A model generated the notes under the pieces. The model was not told where the DNA came from. It saw nothing but the letters and a program-made list of their open reading frames with translations, and did not search any database. From Lama guanicoe (taxonomy: Eukaryota), in contig MU054187.1 in NCBI GenBank assembly GCA_013239625.1, positions 14,914,974-14,978,973 on the forward strand: a DNA stretch of 64,000 nucleotides, given 5' to 3'. Shown here in pieces: positions 13,621 to 28,162 of the stretch. Position 1 is the stretch's first letter. Each line of letters opens with the position of its first letter. The position numbers and the translations under genes are program-made.

Positions 13621-13990
13621 ATTCACTCATTCATCAAATATTTACTAGAGCTCTTAAGAAAGTGTCCTGATCTAAACGAGCTGCTGGGAACACAAAAGTG
13701 AGCACAGCTGCCATCAGGGCCTGGCGCTCCAAACAGGTTGAAGATGTTAAACAAATATACTGCAAGACAACGACAATGTAGACTAATGGGGGCGTCTGCG
13801 CTGAGGGGGTGGCAGTGGGGCGGGAGGCGGTGAGGTCAGGGAAGCCCTCTGTGAAGAAGAGACGTTATGCCTAAACCAGAGGGGGCAGCTGCCTGCGGGG
13901 GAGGGAAGAACAAAGACTTTCCCGAAGGAAAGCTGTCCTGGCTGAGTCATGCTGGGCACGGAGGAAAGAGGGAGTGTGGTATGAAACTGT
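13621..13990 (-). mobile_element. L2 LINE 3' end remnant
   Basis: ATTCACTCATTCATCAAATATTTACT (reverse of the L2 tail), followed by GTCAGGGAAGCCCTCTGTGAAGAAGAGACGTT. Confidence 0.65.
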
Positions 13991-16159
13991 AATATATCCT
14001 TTTGAAAGAAAAGTCTGGGAAATAGATTTTTCCTGTACGATTTTTTAAAAAATGATGTCACTTTCAATATGTAAGTCCCAAACTGGCAAACATGGCCTCC
14101 ACTCTCTAGTTGTGCAAACGGACATAGCAAGCTCACCAGATCCCTTGACCCTGAGGTCCTCCCCAGGCTACCGGGCTGCTCCCCCCCACCCCGCCCCCCG
14201 GTCTGGCTATCCCTGTGACAAGTGCAGCAGAGCGAGGCTGGGTCGGGGACAGCATGGGGCTCCCTCCTGACACGCCCTGTCCAGGGGCTGCTGTGACCAC
14301 CTGAGGCAGCACTGAGGGCTGGGGAGAGGCTGGGAGCCAGCAGCCCCACACCACTGGCTGGCCCGTCCCATCCCATCACTGACCTTTCACAGTGGTACCA
14401 GGAGCCCGCCCAGCCAAGCACCCTCGTGGCTTCAACGAGGCTGGCCACAGAGTCAGCCAGCGGTGATCGCCACCCACCTCCACACCATCTTCCCTTCCCA
14501 GCTTGCTTTCTTCTAATCTGTCTGATACAACGAAGCCGGCATAAGCAAATGCCCCAGGTGCTCACGACTGCTTTCGGCCAGAGCTCTCCCGTCCTTTTCC
14601 CCAGACCTCTTCCATCCTTTAGCGTGATAACTATCTCCTCTGAGGCCCAGATTCTACAAAGCTCTTCCTTTGCCTGCACTCCTACCTGAATTGTCCATTT
14701 GTGTCTACGGAAGTATGGTTCTCTGAGGGCCACTTATTTTCTGTATCAACCAAATGCCTCACCTTAAAATTCTTCCTTAAAATAGTTTTCTCAAGGAACA
14801 GTTAAACATCTCCCTCAAGGAATTATGGGAGACAAGAGTTAATGGAGTAAAAAGTGACCAAATGAGAAAAGCCCCTAAAACAACAGGGACAGCGGGGTGA
14901 CCCTGGGCAGAGCCTAAGCCTCTGCTTCTGAAAATGAGGATCTTGAAATGTTCAGAGCCGCCCCCTTTTCTCTTGAACATTTCTTAAAATACAAGGTTGA
15001 GACACTCTCTCAGTTCCATGGGATGATTTTCACCCTCAGGACCAAGACAAGAGGGGAACTGTATGTTTTGTTAAATCTTATAAACATGGCACTTCTGGAA
15101 TTAGGACAGACACCTAAAGAAAAGCTTTATGGGTCGGCAAATTATTAACATCCCTTAAAGTTTTAACTCATTATGTACTGACCGGCTAGTAAACTGGCAG
15201 TATCTACCGAGTCTGCTGTGTTATTTCTACCATCTACTTCCTGTTATAACATCCTCATTTTCCTTGATCTGTAAGAATTAAGCAGGGCCCCATAATAAGC
15301 CTTCAGAAATAAGCCTCCTGTGTTTACTGGTAAGATACACCACACTCCATGTTCAAAGAAGCAAAGGAAAAATCCACAGATCTAACATGCTTTCCTGAAT
15401 CCTTGGGCTGAGGATGGTTGGTTCCCTGTTACCTGATTTTCCTGAGGCACCATTATTGAAGAATACAGTATTTTCCCTCAAAGCTAACTTGAGGCTTTGC
15501 TTCAAGATAAAGTAAAAGCAGACCCATTCCCCTGGGACTTCAGAAACAAAAATCTCTGTAGCATCACAAATAATAGTGATAGAACAATAATGCACATTAC
15601 CAGGAAAGTGAACTGAAATGGTCAATAACTATTAACTCCCTTTGTTGCTAAGGGTGACCTGGTGATTTCAACAGTGGCCACTGCCAGGAGTCTTACTTTT
15701 TAGTTCTTATTCTGCCATTACAGGGGCAGGAGGTGGGGAAGAGTGTCATTTTATGTTCTCGAACTTCTGATACTTTTAAAAACCAAAACATTAATAACAA
15801 CCACTAGAGGGGCCAGGGAGGACAGAGCAAGATACTCAGGCATTATAAGAGCCATGCTTTATGACACTGATAGAGCCAGAAGCTCCCCACACCCTCAGAC
15901 ACCAATCTCCAAAACCTTACTAGCATCTTTTTTTTCTCTTTATTTTTTAAAAGTTTTTAAAAGCATGTTGAACTTTAAACTCAGAGCTGTTATAAGTCCG
16001 TCCTTCAGCTACTGTCTACAGAAACTAGTTGCAAAACTCTATCTGAAGAAGTCACTGAAGCAGGGAAATCTGGAAAGAGACCAACGAAGTGAAAGTAAAA
16101 TATATAAGGAGAATTGAGAACTGAAACACTTTTTTGCCTCCTGTGTCATCTAAACAGTA

Positions 16160-16450
16160 TTTTTTTTTTATTGTGCTATGAACACAATGTGAGATCTACC
16201 CTGTTAAGTGCACAGTACAGCCCTGGTAACTACATGCACAATGTCAGTGAGCAGATCTCTACTACTTACTCATCTTGCTTAACAGAAACTTTATACCTGT
16301 TGAACAGCAACTTCAAATTTCTCACTCCCTCCAGCCCCTGGCAAACACCATGTTACTTTCTGTTTCTAGGAGTTTGATAGATATAAATACCTCCTATACG
16401 TGGAATCCTGCAGTATTTGCCCTATGGCTGGCTTCTTTCATTTAGCATAA
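16160..16450 (-). mobile_element. Old L1 (L1M-type) 3' fragment
   Basis: T-rich head, then GAGATCTACCCTGTTAA...CAGCCCCTGGCAAACACC...GTGGAATCCTGCAGTATTTG...TTTCATTTAGCATAA, typical of L1MA/MB 3'UTRs. Confidence 0.75.
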
Positions 16451-17279
16451 CGAACTGAGCATTTTTCAAATAGCTAAGCAAAATCTTTATGAGGTAGCTA
16501 ACAAGCTAAAAATAACAAGCCTCTAAGTTAAATATTTGTTGATTATAAACTCTTATAACAGAGTAGTGCCAAACTACCTAACACTACCCCAAAAGGCTTT
16601 CGACAGAGAGAAGGTGGCTAGGACTGGGAGAAGAGCTTTACGATGCTAGTATAATCAGAGATCTTGGCATCACAAGCACTTCCCTTTCATTATGGAGTTC
16701 GTCCAATTCAAAGTAATCATAAAAGTCAATAATTAAAGCAAGCGGAAGAAGGTCATTTGCTAGAATGTCCCACACATAGGCTTATTTTCCATCTGCCAAG
16801 AATGAATTACCTCTAGTATATCACCAGGTGAAAATAAAGCGGAAGTATCCAGGAGTGCATTTCAAGTTAGAGGCTAGGGGCCTAAGGAAAAGTAACTCAT
16901 TAGCTCTAAAAGTTCGCTGAGGGCCAGGACGCTGGCAAGACTGGACGCGCCACGGATCCTATCTACAAGTAGAGTGAAAAGTAAGCAGTTACAACTCTCG
17001 GTGATCAGAGAACATCATGACCTAAAATAAAAGGTGCTTAGCAGAGAAGAGAGGGGAGACCCTTCTTGAAAGTTTGTGCCAATTAACAAAAACATTAACT
17101 TTAAAACAGGGTCAGTTTGGGATAGGGATGGAAATCCTGAAGACTTCCGTGTCCAAAAATAATGTGAAAACCAAGACTGCTTCCATTTTCCAATTAGTGT
17201 TTCAGACACTCAGAAGTAAACAGCAGGCAGAAAATAGGGGCAGTTTTTAAAAAAGAAATTTCAGAAATCTGTAAAAGTA

Positions 17280-17360
17280 TTAAGTTGAACCACATGAAAT
17301 CGCCATTTTTTTGTACCTCAAAAAAGTTCAAAGAGCAGAAATTTCACATGGTTCTACCAA
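17280..17360. mobile_element. MADE2-like mariner MITE (about 80 bp palindrome)
   Basis: Imperfect TIRs TTAAGTTGAACCACATGAAAT and ATTTCACATGGTTCTACCAA resemble the MADE2 ends. Confidence 0.75.
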
Positions 17361-18608
17361 AGACAAGGAAGGGCTCAGTAATTCAATGCTAAGGATAAAA
17401 ACCTGAAGACATGCTAATCTTTGTGGTTTGAAAAGTATTTTGAAATATTCAAAAATATTTCAATGGGACAACATTACTGAAACAGGAAAAGGATTTTTAA
17501 TATTCTATGCTAAACGTATGCCTCAAATCACACAAAACTGGGGCCAGTGAGTACCTGCTTAAATAAAATAATATATATTTCATATTAAAAATTGAAAAAA
17601 ATAAATAAAGCCTAAGAATAAAATCTTCCATGTACAACCATCCCTTTTTCTTTTTTGTCTCTCATATGACAACTACCCCTAGTAAAATTCTATTCCCAGC
17701 AGATTTCACCGGTCCCCTGGCTTGATGCTGGAACCCAGCTACAGTGGTAAAACTTCAGGCCTGTAGTCCTCTGGGCCCACATACACCCCACTTCTCAATC
17801 TATTATTCACTGCTTTCTTGTACTCACTCCAGCCCTTCTCTACCACTCTTTCAACCTTGGCACCCTGACAGTCCCATCTGTCCGTGGCAGGTTCTCCCCA
17901 CCCCTTTCCTTTTAATACACCAGTCATCTAATCTTTCCTGCACACAATGTAGTGGGGAGGGTTCTCCTGAGCCTGGGTCCCTCTGCCTTTCCCATGTAGA
18001 TGAGCTCCATTGTTTAAAGAATGCATGTTAGATTTTGTCATGTACCTTACCACTTCTGCCATATCTAGATCTTGACTTAAAACCAACTTTACCTATAAGG
18101 CATCACCAAACAGACTGTGAATTTTATAAATTAGGATAATTTTCTAGCAGGGGTTTGTGAATATCTCTAACTTCAGCATTAGAATAAAGAGTCTCATCCA
18201 CACTAGGTAGGTTTCCCTGTGGATAGGCTATTTTTCTTTCCCGCACACAAAGCACCATGCTTTCTGGGGCAGTTTTTCAGAGGTACTTTTAAAAAGAAGG
18301 TAACTTTCTGGACTCGGCAAAATGTACACAGGGTCTGGGTGAACAACATCACACGTTTCGTATTAGGGAAGTAATTTATAAGAGGACTGGGACCTCAATG
18401 TGCCTTCAACATTTTTTGATGATGGACAGTTTCAGAAGACTACAGGTGTATTTCTGACTCATTCTAGTGGGCTTAAGCGTTTTCCACCTTCGATTCCGTA
18501 AGCTGTAAAACCTATTTGGGTGACGTCACCAAAGGACCGATAAACATCCGATATTCCACCGTTCCGACGGACCCGGGCAGAACCACCACCCAGGCTGTAT
18601 TTACATAC

Positions 18609-19368
18609 CTCGAATTGGCTATTTCCACTTTGGTTCTGGCCATGGCGGCTGCCCTTTGCGCGCCTTCAATCGCTCTGTCCACCTTCTCCCTAGTTTTTGT
18701 ATTTCTTATTGGTATAAGCTGCTTCCTTATTCCACGGACCAGAATATTATTTTTGTATTTTCCCTCTTCCTTGGAGCCGTCGGGAAACACGGTGCAGCCG
18801 TATCCGTGCCTCTTGTTACTCGCCCACTCGCCTTCGTACTTCATGCCGTTGGAGCGCTCGCTGATGCCGAAGCCGGTGCGCTTGTCGCTCTTCCACTCGC
18901 CCATGTAGGTCTCCGTGGTGGTGGCGTCCACGTGGTCTTCCACGGGGCAAAAGTCGCAGTCGACGTCGCCGAAGCTGATGGTGGAGTTGGCGTCGCTGGA
19001 ACTAATTCTGCTCATGGCCGCGTCGCTGCGGACCGAGCTGCGCTTGCTGGAGATGGAAGACTTGGATTCGGACTTGCGCAGCTTCATGCTCCCCAGGAGG
19101 GAGCCCCGGCGGAAGAGGCCGCCCTTCTTCTTGCCCGCCAGCTCGGCGTCGGCGTGGAAGTTGAGCACGAAGCCGCCGCGGGTGCCGGCCGGGCTGTCGG
19201 CGGCGGCCGCGGCGTCGTGGAGCACGCTGCCGTTGCTCTGCTCGCTGCGCAGCGAGGCCAGCGACGTGCGCAGCGGCGAGCGGATCACCGTGGCCATGCC
19301 GTAGGGCACGCTCTGGCGCACGCCGTAGCCGTGCCGCATGCCGCCGGCCCACTGCCCCTGGTAGGTAC
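18609..19368 (-). CDS. JPH1: Junctophilin-1, coding exon 2 (MORN6, joining region, MORN7-8, start of alpha-helix)
   Basis: Acceptor CTCTCGAAG|GTACC; phase 1 restores G-T-Y-Q-G-Q-W. The 760-nt exon ends ...EIANSR at donor AG|GTATGT. The joining region ([28 protein letters not shown]) is JPH1-type. Later exons lie beyond position 1. Confidence 0.98.
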
Positions 19369-19460
19369 CTTCGAGAGACCGCAAGAGAGCACAGCGTGAG
19401 TCCGGGAACGCAGGGGACGCAGGCCGCGCGGCACCCCAGGGTCCAACCCCGCACATTTCC
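18770..19460. other. Intragenic CpG-rich island over most of JPH1 exon 2
   Basis: Dense CpG from about 18770 to just past the exon 2 acceptor, whereas 18609-18770 of the same exon is much more AT-rich. Confidence 0.75.
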
Positions 19461-22400
19461 GAGCCCACTCTAAGGGATGCTTTCCATCCGTTTGTGAATT
19501 CCCACCCTGAAATGTCCTGTCTCTGCCTTTTATGGAACTGGATAGGCTTTTCCAATAGTCTGGGAATTTTCACTTAAAAACTGATACGACTGACTTTCTA
19601 GTACAGAGAGTGATCATTAGAAAATGACTTCTCTAATGAAATGCACCTATCAAAAACCCCTCTAAGGGAAGGCAGTGCCACAGGATGAAATGAGTTCTTA
19701 TTTGTGAATTGCATTTTAATTTTACCAATTCGGCTGAAAAACCAAAGACTAAGTCTGGAACTATAACATTCCAAGAAGCTCGAAGACTTAAAAATTATTA
19801 GCACTCTGAATACTTGGGACATGGGTTGGCAAACAAATTATCTTCCACTTTCTTTCTACCACGTTCACCATCTTCTTTTAAGGCAGGAAAAACTGTTTAA
19901 TATTTAAGATTATTATTTAGATTTGGGTGAAACTTTTTGAGCTAAGAGGGATTTGACAAGCTGAATATATATTCTGAATATAGTGAACCATTATGAAAAA
20001 AAATGGGCAATCTGCTTTAACATTTTGTACTTCAAATGAAAAGGTCAAGATCTGCCCCATATCACTTGCTAAATTTCTGCATCCTGGCCATTCTCTTCAT
20101 GGTTTCCATAGCTTCTGCCACTGCACTGGGAATTAAGAACTAAAAGCACCCTGAAGGCAGGCACAACCTCACAAGAGAACACATTTCCAGACTCCTGTCT
20201 GTGTGTCCTGTGGTCTGTAGGTGTTTGATGACTTTATAGTAAACAGCTGTGGTGGCTAAAAAGCGTCCCTTATTTACTTTCAGGAAAACTGAGATAGAGC
20301 CAAAGGAAAACTTCCACTCTAAACATTATGGAATTCATTTCAGAGCAAAGGTGTGTTTGACAGTATCCATTAAAACTTTGTTGACACCTGATCACTTTTT
20401 CAGCGAATATTATGCCTTCAGGGATAGGATAATCTCTAATCATCTCTAATCTAAAGCATTTGTTTTCAGTAAGCTTTTCTACTCAATAAATTAGCAAAAT
20501 GTTTAAGAAAAAAAAAACCTGGAGCAGCTTTCTAAATAATCTTAGGAGGAACTGAAGGTTAAGATTAGTGAATTTAGATTTTCTTTTTAAATCAAATCCA
20601 CTTCCTTTTGATGAAAGGCAAAATTTTAAATTAAAATATCCCCCTAAAGAAGCTATGTGGAAATTTTAAGATGTAATTACTTCTCTATTATTCTTAACTC
20701 ACAATATCATAGAAAATAAATCATGATTACAATCTGTCTTGACTTCTTTCAGTTTCTGATTATACAGAGCTACCCTGCAGTCACTTTTCATTTTATATTA
20801 CCACGAAAAGATTTCCATTGCATGGCATACATTAATTTTTTAAAATACTGAGCAATTTTGCTCATGGTTTTCTATCAATGAATTAACGACTGATTATTTC
20901 ATTCACTTAAAAGTTAAAAACCATAATGGGTCCAAAATCAAAAGTTTAGACTAATTTCAAGACTACCATCTCTTTCTATTCATCCTGATATATTTATGGT
21001 ATATAAATAGACAGTAGCAGGGAACCAACAAAATACTAAGTAGGTCTGGTATTGTGAATGTCAGATTCTGGGTAGCTTTTAACATCTTAACCTGACATTT
21101 ATGAACTTCTGAGGAAGTGGGTGGGTCATGGCTTTCTGAAAAGGATAAACCCCAAAGGATAAGATAGTCAAATAAAACATTTCAGACCAAGAAGCATTCT
21201 GCTGAATATTAGCCATCTCCAAAAACCACCATTTTAACACGGAAGGAAACTGAATTATTAGGAAATTGCAACTGACTTTCCCTTTGCCTGGACAGATAAA
21301 AATATAAGTTCTCAAAGTTATACAAACCGACTAATGTGCACTAAAACAAACCACCTTATTTTTAAATATTTTGTTTGTTGATAGAAACAAGGAATGCTGT
21401 AATCGTATCCTTCTAACGTTTCTACATAATGACAAATTAATTTTGCTAGAACAATTCCCAGGCATACTGTTTGATATCAGTAAGTACACGTTTAAAACGC
21501 AACCATCCTGTCTTAGGAACTGTTTAACACTGAGGGGAAATCAACAGCTAGTTTCCTTAAACTGCTATCTCCATAAGTAAGACGAGTATTTAGAATTTCC
21601 AAAGACGTGTTGCTTGAAAATCTAAGTGGTTTAAGGCAACAGCAATAATTAGAAAGTTTAAGTTGTTTAACTGTCGAGTAACGAAGGCAGAACAATGGCA
21701 TTGGCTAAATTCCCATTCTATTTTGTTAAGGAACAGTCTATAGAAGAATTCCTCCAGAGAATTGCTAGAAACCAATTTACAAAGTGTTAGTAGTTCATCT
21801 GAAATTTAAAATAAGTTTAGTGTAGTCAATGAACCTAGAAAAAAGGGCCTCTATTTCTTTATGAAGCAGGTGGGTTCCACCTTCTCCCTGCTGCTCAAAT
21901 AAAGTTCTCATTAGTTCCTCTCAATGCCTGAAATATGGATGCCTAGTTCACAAGTTTAAACATTATATTTACAGGTCTTAAGTTACGTGCCGTGATTTTT
22001 CATTTGGGAGCTGATTTTCTAGATATAGCCATTTTCACTACACAATCTTGTAGCGGAAGGCATCCAGTTCAGAAAGAATTCTAGTCAAATTTAGACTTCA
22101 TTATGTCAAACGTATCTACATGCTATGAATGCAGGTCTTCAGATAGTTAACAAAACAATGTGTCTTCCTAGATATTTTCAATAGTTTCATGACAGGTGAA
22201 AAAAGGGACTACAGCACCCATCAGAATTTGCACAAAATCTGGGTTTCCTGAGTTCAGTACTAATGTATTCTTAATATTCGGGGGTTTCTATTTCAGCAAC
22301 ACTTCATGTACAAATTCCTAATAAAATAAACCAAGTGATATTTCTCAATGAATATTACGACTTATTTTCTCCTCTAGTCTCTAATATCACCACGAAATAC

Positions 22401-24213
22401 GTCGAATCAGATGTTCCTTAAGTCCAACAGAAGGTGGATAGGGATGGACATGTGGGGGTGCAGAGGCAAAAAGGAAAAATAGGGGAAGTGATATTTCTTA
22501 TCTTGGCCGAAATCTTTGTATGAAATAAATTATAGCAATATACTTCCACTGAGATGCCCATTTTATGATTAAGGACTTTCTAATTAACTGATTGACATAT
22601 GAAAGAAAGCAGAAAAGAACAGCAGGAATTCAAAAGTGACTTTTAAGAGTTTTTTTTTCCCTTCCTAGTTGGTAGCATATTAGGGTTTTTTTGTTTGTTT
22701 TGGTAGAAAAAGAAAACCACAGTCCTATGGTGATGCCAAATTTTGAGGTTTTTAAAAAAATTCTTTTAAAAGTTACTTTTAAAGCATAAGGCAGAATATC
22801 CATAAAGTCATCCTGGACACTTAGTGGAGCTTCTACAACACAGACACCCTTTACTGTGCTATATATATTTTTTGATTGCTAGGTATAATGAATACTCTAA
22901 ACCAAGAGGTTTTGTTTAATGAGTAGTAAGAAGTGGAAAGAAGACTAATTTATTTTTAGCCTTCCAAATACTGAAGTCAAAGAACTACCCAATGGCCTGC
23001 TTAAAAGTTTATAAAATAATGCACACATTTGAAAAATAAATTTTGATTCCACTTTTGAGTATGGAATTAATTATACTGTAGACCTGGGGCCTCCATAAAA
23101 TCCAATCACAGGCTAACATGTTTATAGGGCTGTCATCCAAGGCACTCTATGCCCATTCAGAACATTTAAGGGCCCTAATTAACGACTGTGGAACTTGAAA
23201 CTCCTACAGCCTATATACAAGTATTAAAGTTTTGTTCCCCCTTTTAATCCATGAGAACCATATCCTTTGTTTATACTGTAAGACGAAAAGATGTCTTTTT
23301 AGCAAATCCTACCATTCTGCTGTTTTGCATTTGAAACATGGCCCAAGTGTTCTGAGTAAGTGAAGTGTACAGGCTTTTACATAAGCAATGGCCTGACCAG
23401 GGTTGCAGTGGGCTGCCGAAACTTTTAATTGGATCCCTTTAATATCCTCCAACTCTGAGCTGCATTAATTCTGAAATGTGACATTGCTTCCTACAACCCT
23501 TTTCAATTAACTATGATTATCTTTCTTAACAGAAAATGTATTTTGCCAAAGCATTAGCCATTCATCCTTCTCACTTTATTACACAAGGAAATTCATCACG
23601 TTTTGACACCTGTTTCAGTAATATATACTTCTCCCGATTGAAGAAGGGGAACTCTGCCCTATCATATACACAATTTCTTTTGCAAATATTGTTAAATATT
23701 AAAATAAGGTGAATTTTGCTCGCAGACAGCACAATGTTTAGGTCATACACCTTACAGCAAACCAGTGAATCCGTAGCGCCATTCTCAGGAGTAAAGTAGC
23801 TGTTAACTTAGCAACTATAGGAATATAGCTTTCAATTGTATTTTTTAAAACGCAAACTTCATTGTTCACTTCTAAAATGTTTCCTAATAATTAGTCCAAA
23901 GACTTCCAGATCAACCATGGCTACCTTCTTTGGATAGAAAACCAATACATTAAGAAATCTAATGAAAAATAGTAAGAAACCCCCACATTCTCTGAACCCC
24001 ACCTGCATCAGGTGGCCTCTCCACGCCTCTAACTAGGATGTTTCCAAAAAGCACCTCAAGTAAGTAACAATTCTCCAACATCCTAGTTATAGGGTTCTGG
24101 CTTCTATCTTTAGGCTACTAGAGGACCAGAGGCGAAATACGACTCCACGTGAAACCAATCCGGGAGCGGTAGGTAGCGACCGCCAGCCTCACAAGCCCAG
24201 GGCGCTCGCTCTA

Positions 24214-25086
<873 letters not shown>

Positions 25087-25164
25087 TCACGACAGCGCCC
25101 CGGGCAGCTCGCGCCGCCGCTCGGCTCCAGTCCGACGCCGCCCCCGTCCTCCCCTCTTCTTTCT

Positions 25165-25232
25165 CCGCCGCCGCTGCCGCCGCCGCTGCCGCCGCCTTCC
25201 TCCTCCTCCTCCTCCTCCTTCGCCGCCGCCGC
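25165..25232. repeat. Compound trinucleotide tract (CCG)3CTG(CCG)3CTG(CCG)2CCT(TCC)7TT(CGC)4 upstream of the JPH1 ATG
   Basis: Read directly from the sequence; about 180-245 nt upstream of the JPH1 start codon. Confidence 0.95.
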
Positions 25233-28162
25233 CCCGGCCAGCGCCGCGCGCGAGAGGACAGCCCAGGCTCCGGAGCGGACCTTCAGCTGCTCCCGCCCGC
25301 CCACGTGAGCCGGGCGCCGCCCCGCGCCCAAAAGCGGCGGGCGGCGGGGGGGCGCGGGCGAGGCCGGCGCGCGAGTGTTCGCGCAGCGGGAGGCGGGTGG
25401 GAGGGCGAGAGCGCCCAGGGACGCGCGCGAGGCCCCGCCTGGACATGAAGGCGCGGCTGCACGTGTGGGGGCAGCTCGCGGGCGGCGGAGGCTCCGGTGT
25501 TTGTGTTTGGGGTTTATCACTGTGGTGAAGCGTCTTGTAAGTGCGGCCACGTGTGTGTGTGGAGGGAAAACTCATTTGCGTGTTTGTCTGCCTGGGGTTT
25601 GTGGTTGCATTTCTTTCCCGGCATTCCAACTTGTGTACCGTTGCGTTTGCCATGCTCAGCTGTCATCGTGAATTCATGTCCCCCAGATATATGTATGCAT
25701 GTGATATAAATCTGCGGCAGCCTAGATATAATTGTGCAGAATGTTCTTTTACACCTACCCATTTCGAAGCACATGTGTTTGCATTTATTTAGTGAAGATA
25801 CAGGGGAGAGAAATGCAGTTTGAAAAAAGCACAGAATAAATTGGGTAGTTTTTTGTTTGTGATAATGAAGAGGATGTTTTTAATCTACGTTTGCAGGAAT
25901 ATAGGATATTGCTTTTACATCAGAGCTTGCTCCCTCCAATGCCTCATTTGTTGTTCTAACAACCCTAGAAATTCGTCAGCCCAGAGCTGTGTACCCAACA
26001 GGCAGACGGCTCCGTCTGTGTGTATTGTGTAAGTGTCTGGAATGTACACCTGGTACCTCTCCACTGGCATCCACAGTTTAAGAAAGTAAATAGACGCTTT
26101 CAAGGAGGAACATGGTAAGTAAAACACTGCTCTAAACTTACAAAGAGTCCGTGACCTACAAAACCGGGGACAGGTGTCAGCTGATCTGCTTTCCAGCTAC
26201 CACACTGCTTTGTTGAATTCACTTTAGACAACTCTTTTAAATGTTTAAACCTCTTTTCACCATCTTCCAAATGGGAATAACAAGATTTACCTTTCACTTT
26301 CTATATTAAGTAACAACTGAGTACACTGGGAGTGCAGTAGAAAGCCCACCATTAGAGATTTGTTAACAGGCAAGTTGAAAAGTTAGTATTGCCTCTGGTG
26401 AAAGCAGGCATCAGTCTCAATTTTGCCCTTAAAATACCCATGGGAGACCCTTCTCTGTGGTTCATAGCCAGGGGTCTTAGGTTGGCCTCTTAAGGACACT
26501 GCTTTGCAAGGTATTTACAGCATTCCTTAGGCTAAGAGGCTTTTGGCTTAGAGTGCGCACCAGAGGCTGCCAAAGGGTCTCTCACTGGGTTTGGAATATC
26601 AGAGAAAATATATATGACAGGTATCAGGGAAGGCAGCAGGGAAAAAGTAGACTAAACTGCACAGAAAAAGCACTGAAACTGACCTTGATTGGCTCTTGAT
26701 TGGCTCTGCTTATCTGGCTGAAATACTGAAAGAAAAATCTCAGTTTACACAGAACCAAATCACCAAAGAGAATTAGAAACCCTCATCCATGGCGCTGCCC
26801 GCAGAGTGGCCAGGAATAGTGCTTACCCTAGTGGCCTGAAATAATTACACACCTTGCTCAGCATCTTGTCCTGGACTGGGGATTGATTTAGGCCACTGGG
26901 AAAATGAGGGCCCAGGATTTTGCTGCTGAACCATAATTCCATTTTTCTGGTACGAGATACACCAAGATCAGGAGCTAGTGTAGCTAGACACATTTCCGTC
27001 TAATTTAGGGTTCTGTTTGATACGAGAAAGTGTGGTTGCTCAGGCTAACATATTTTTTTCTCATTTTGAATTAGCTTTCTTTACAGAATAACCTGTTTCT
27101 TTGCCTTTTTTTTTTTTGACCCACCCCTATCGGTTAGGATCCACAGATAAGAACATTTAAGGACTAAGCTTTTGTTTGCAAGCATGGTGGAAACATTTAA
27201 TGCTTTTTACTTTTTCTAATTAGGCAAATGATAGATTTTCTGAAATACACAGCACAGAGCAAGTTTCCGGCGTCTGTAATGGATGTGTAGTCCGTCTGTG
27301 ATAGATGGACCAAGGGTGGAGGTGCGCACACATCTGAGTAGAATATGGAGATTTGGGGAGGATAAAAGATAATGGTAGTTTATCTCTTAATCTTTTCCTC
27401 TTTCTATCCCTAGTAGCTGTCTTCCTTGGAAGGACCCTTCAGTGACAGAAAGGATCCACCACCACCTGCTATGAAATTTCAGCTCATCCATCCTAACCCG
27501 ACTCTGCCCCTGACTCTCTTCAAGGATGGAAGTTAGTATTGAATTTTTGGTAGTTCACTGAGCAAGTTTTGGCAAAGTAACCATACAAGCCATGCTTCCA
27601 TTTACCTGCTGTCGTCACTGTGGAATGTCTCCCCAGTCACTGATGTGTTCATTGACGTAAGCGTTCAGGTTTAACAGTAAGGTTGGAGAAGACAGGGCAG
27701 GAGAACTCGGAAGAGTACGAGGTGCTGAGAATGATGGCACAGCAGGTGGGAGGGAGTGGAATAATGCTGCAGTTCACTAGTTGGGGTTAGTAATGTCCTT
27801 ATTTTCCCTCTTACTCTGAACCTTTGCCCTGGATAAGGGGGAGTTGAGTTTAGCTTTAAGAAGGGATTAGTAAGAAGAGAATGTGAATGTTGGTTTGACA
27901 GGTGGGGTGGAGGAGGCCATTAAAGCCCAGGGGCCAACAGCCACACAAGCACTTGGTTTTCCTCCACGTTCAAAACCAAGCACTTGTAGATTTGCATCCT
28001 GAAAAAATCTGTAACAAAAGATAAGCCATTTGAGCATGAATGTCGGTAACAACATGCTGGAGAGGCTATTTAGCTTAGAATTTTATCTTTTTTTGTTTAA
28101 TGAAGGTGTGTTTAAAAAATTACTAATGATTTCACTTTTATTTACATGTTAGAATTAGTTAT

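Noticed and set aside
13783..14733. 316-aa minus-strand ORF in JPH1 intron 2
   Set aside because: Non-ATG start, no recognisable domain, overlaps an L2 remnant and GC-rich sequence, and does not resemble JPH1 exon 3.
18516..19454. Overlapping ORFs of 129-247 aa across JPH1 exon 2
   Set aside because: Antisense and alternative-frame shadows of a GC-rich coding exon with few stop codons.
19369..19573. N-terminal extension of the 353-aa ORF (MKIPRLLEK...)
   Set aside because: Intronic read-through upstream of the true acceptor; JPH1 homology starts at GTYQGQW.
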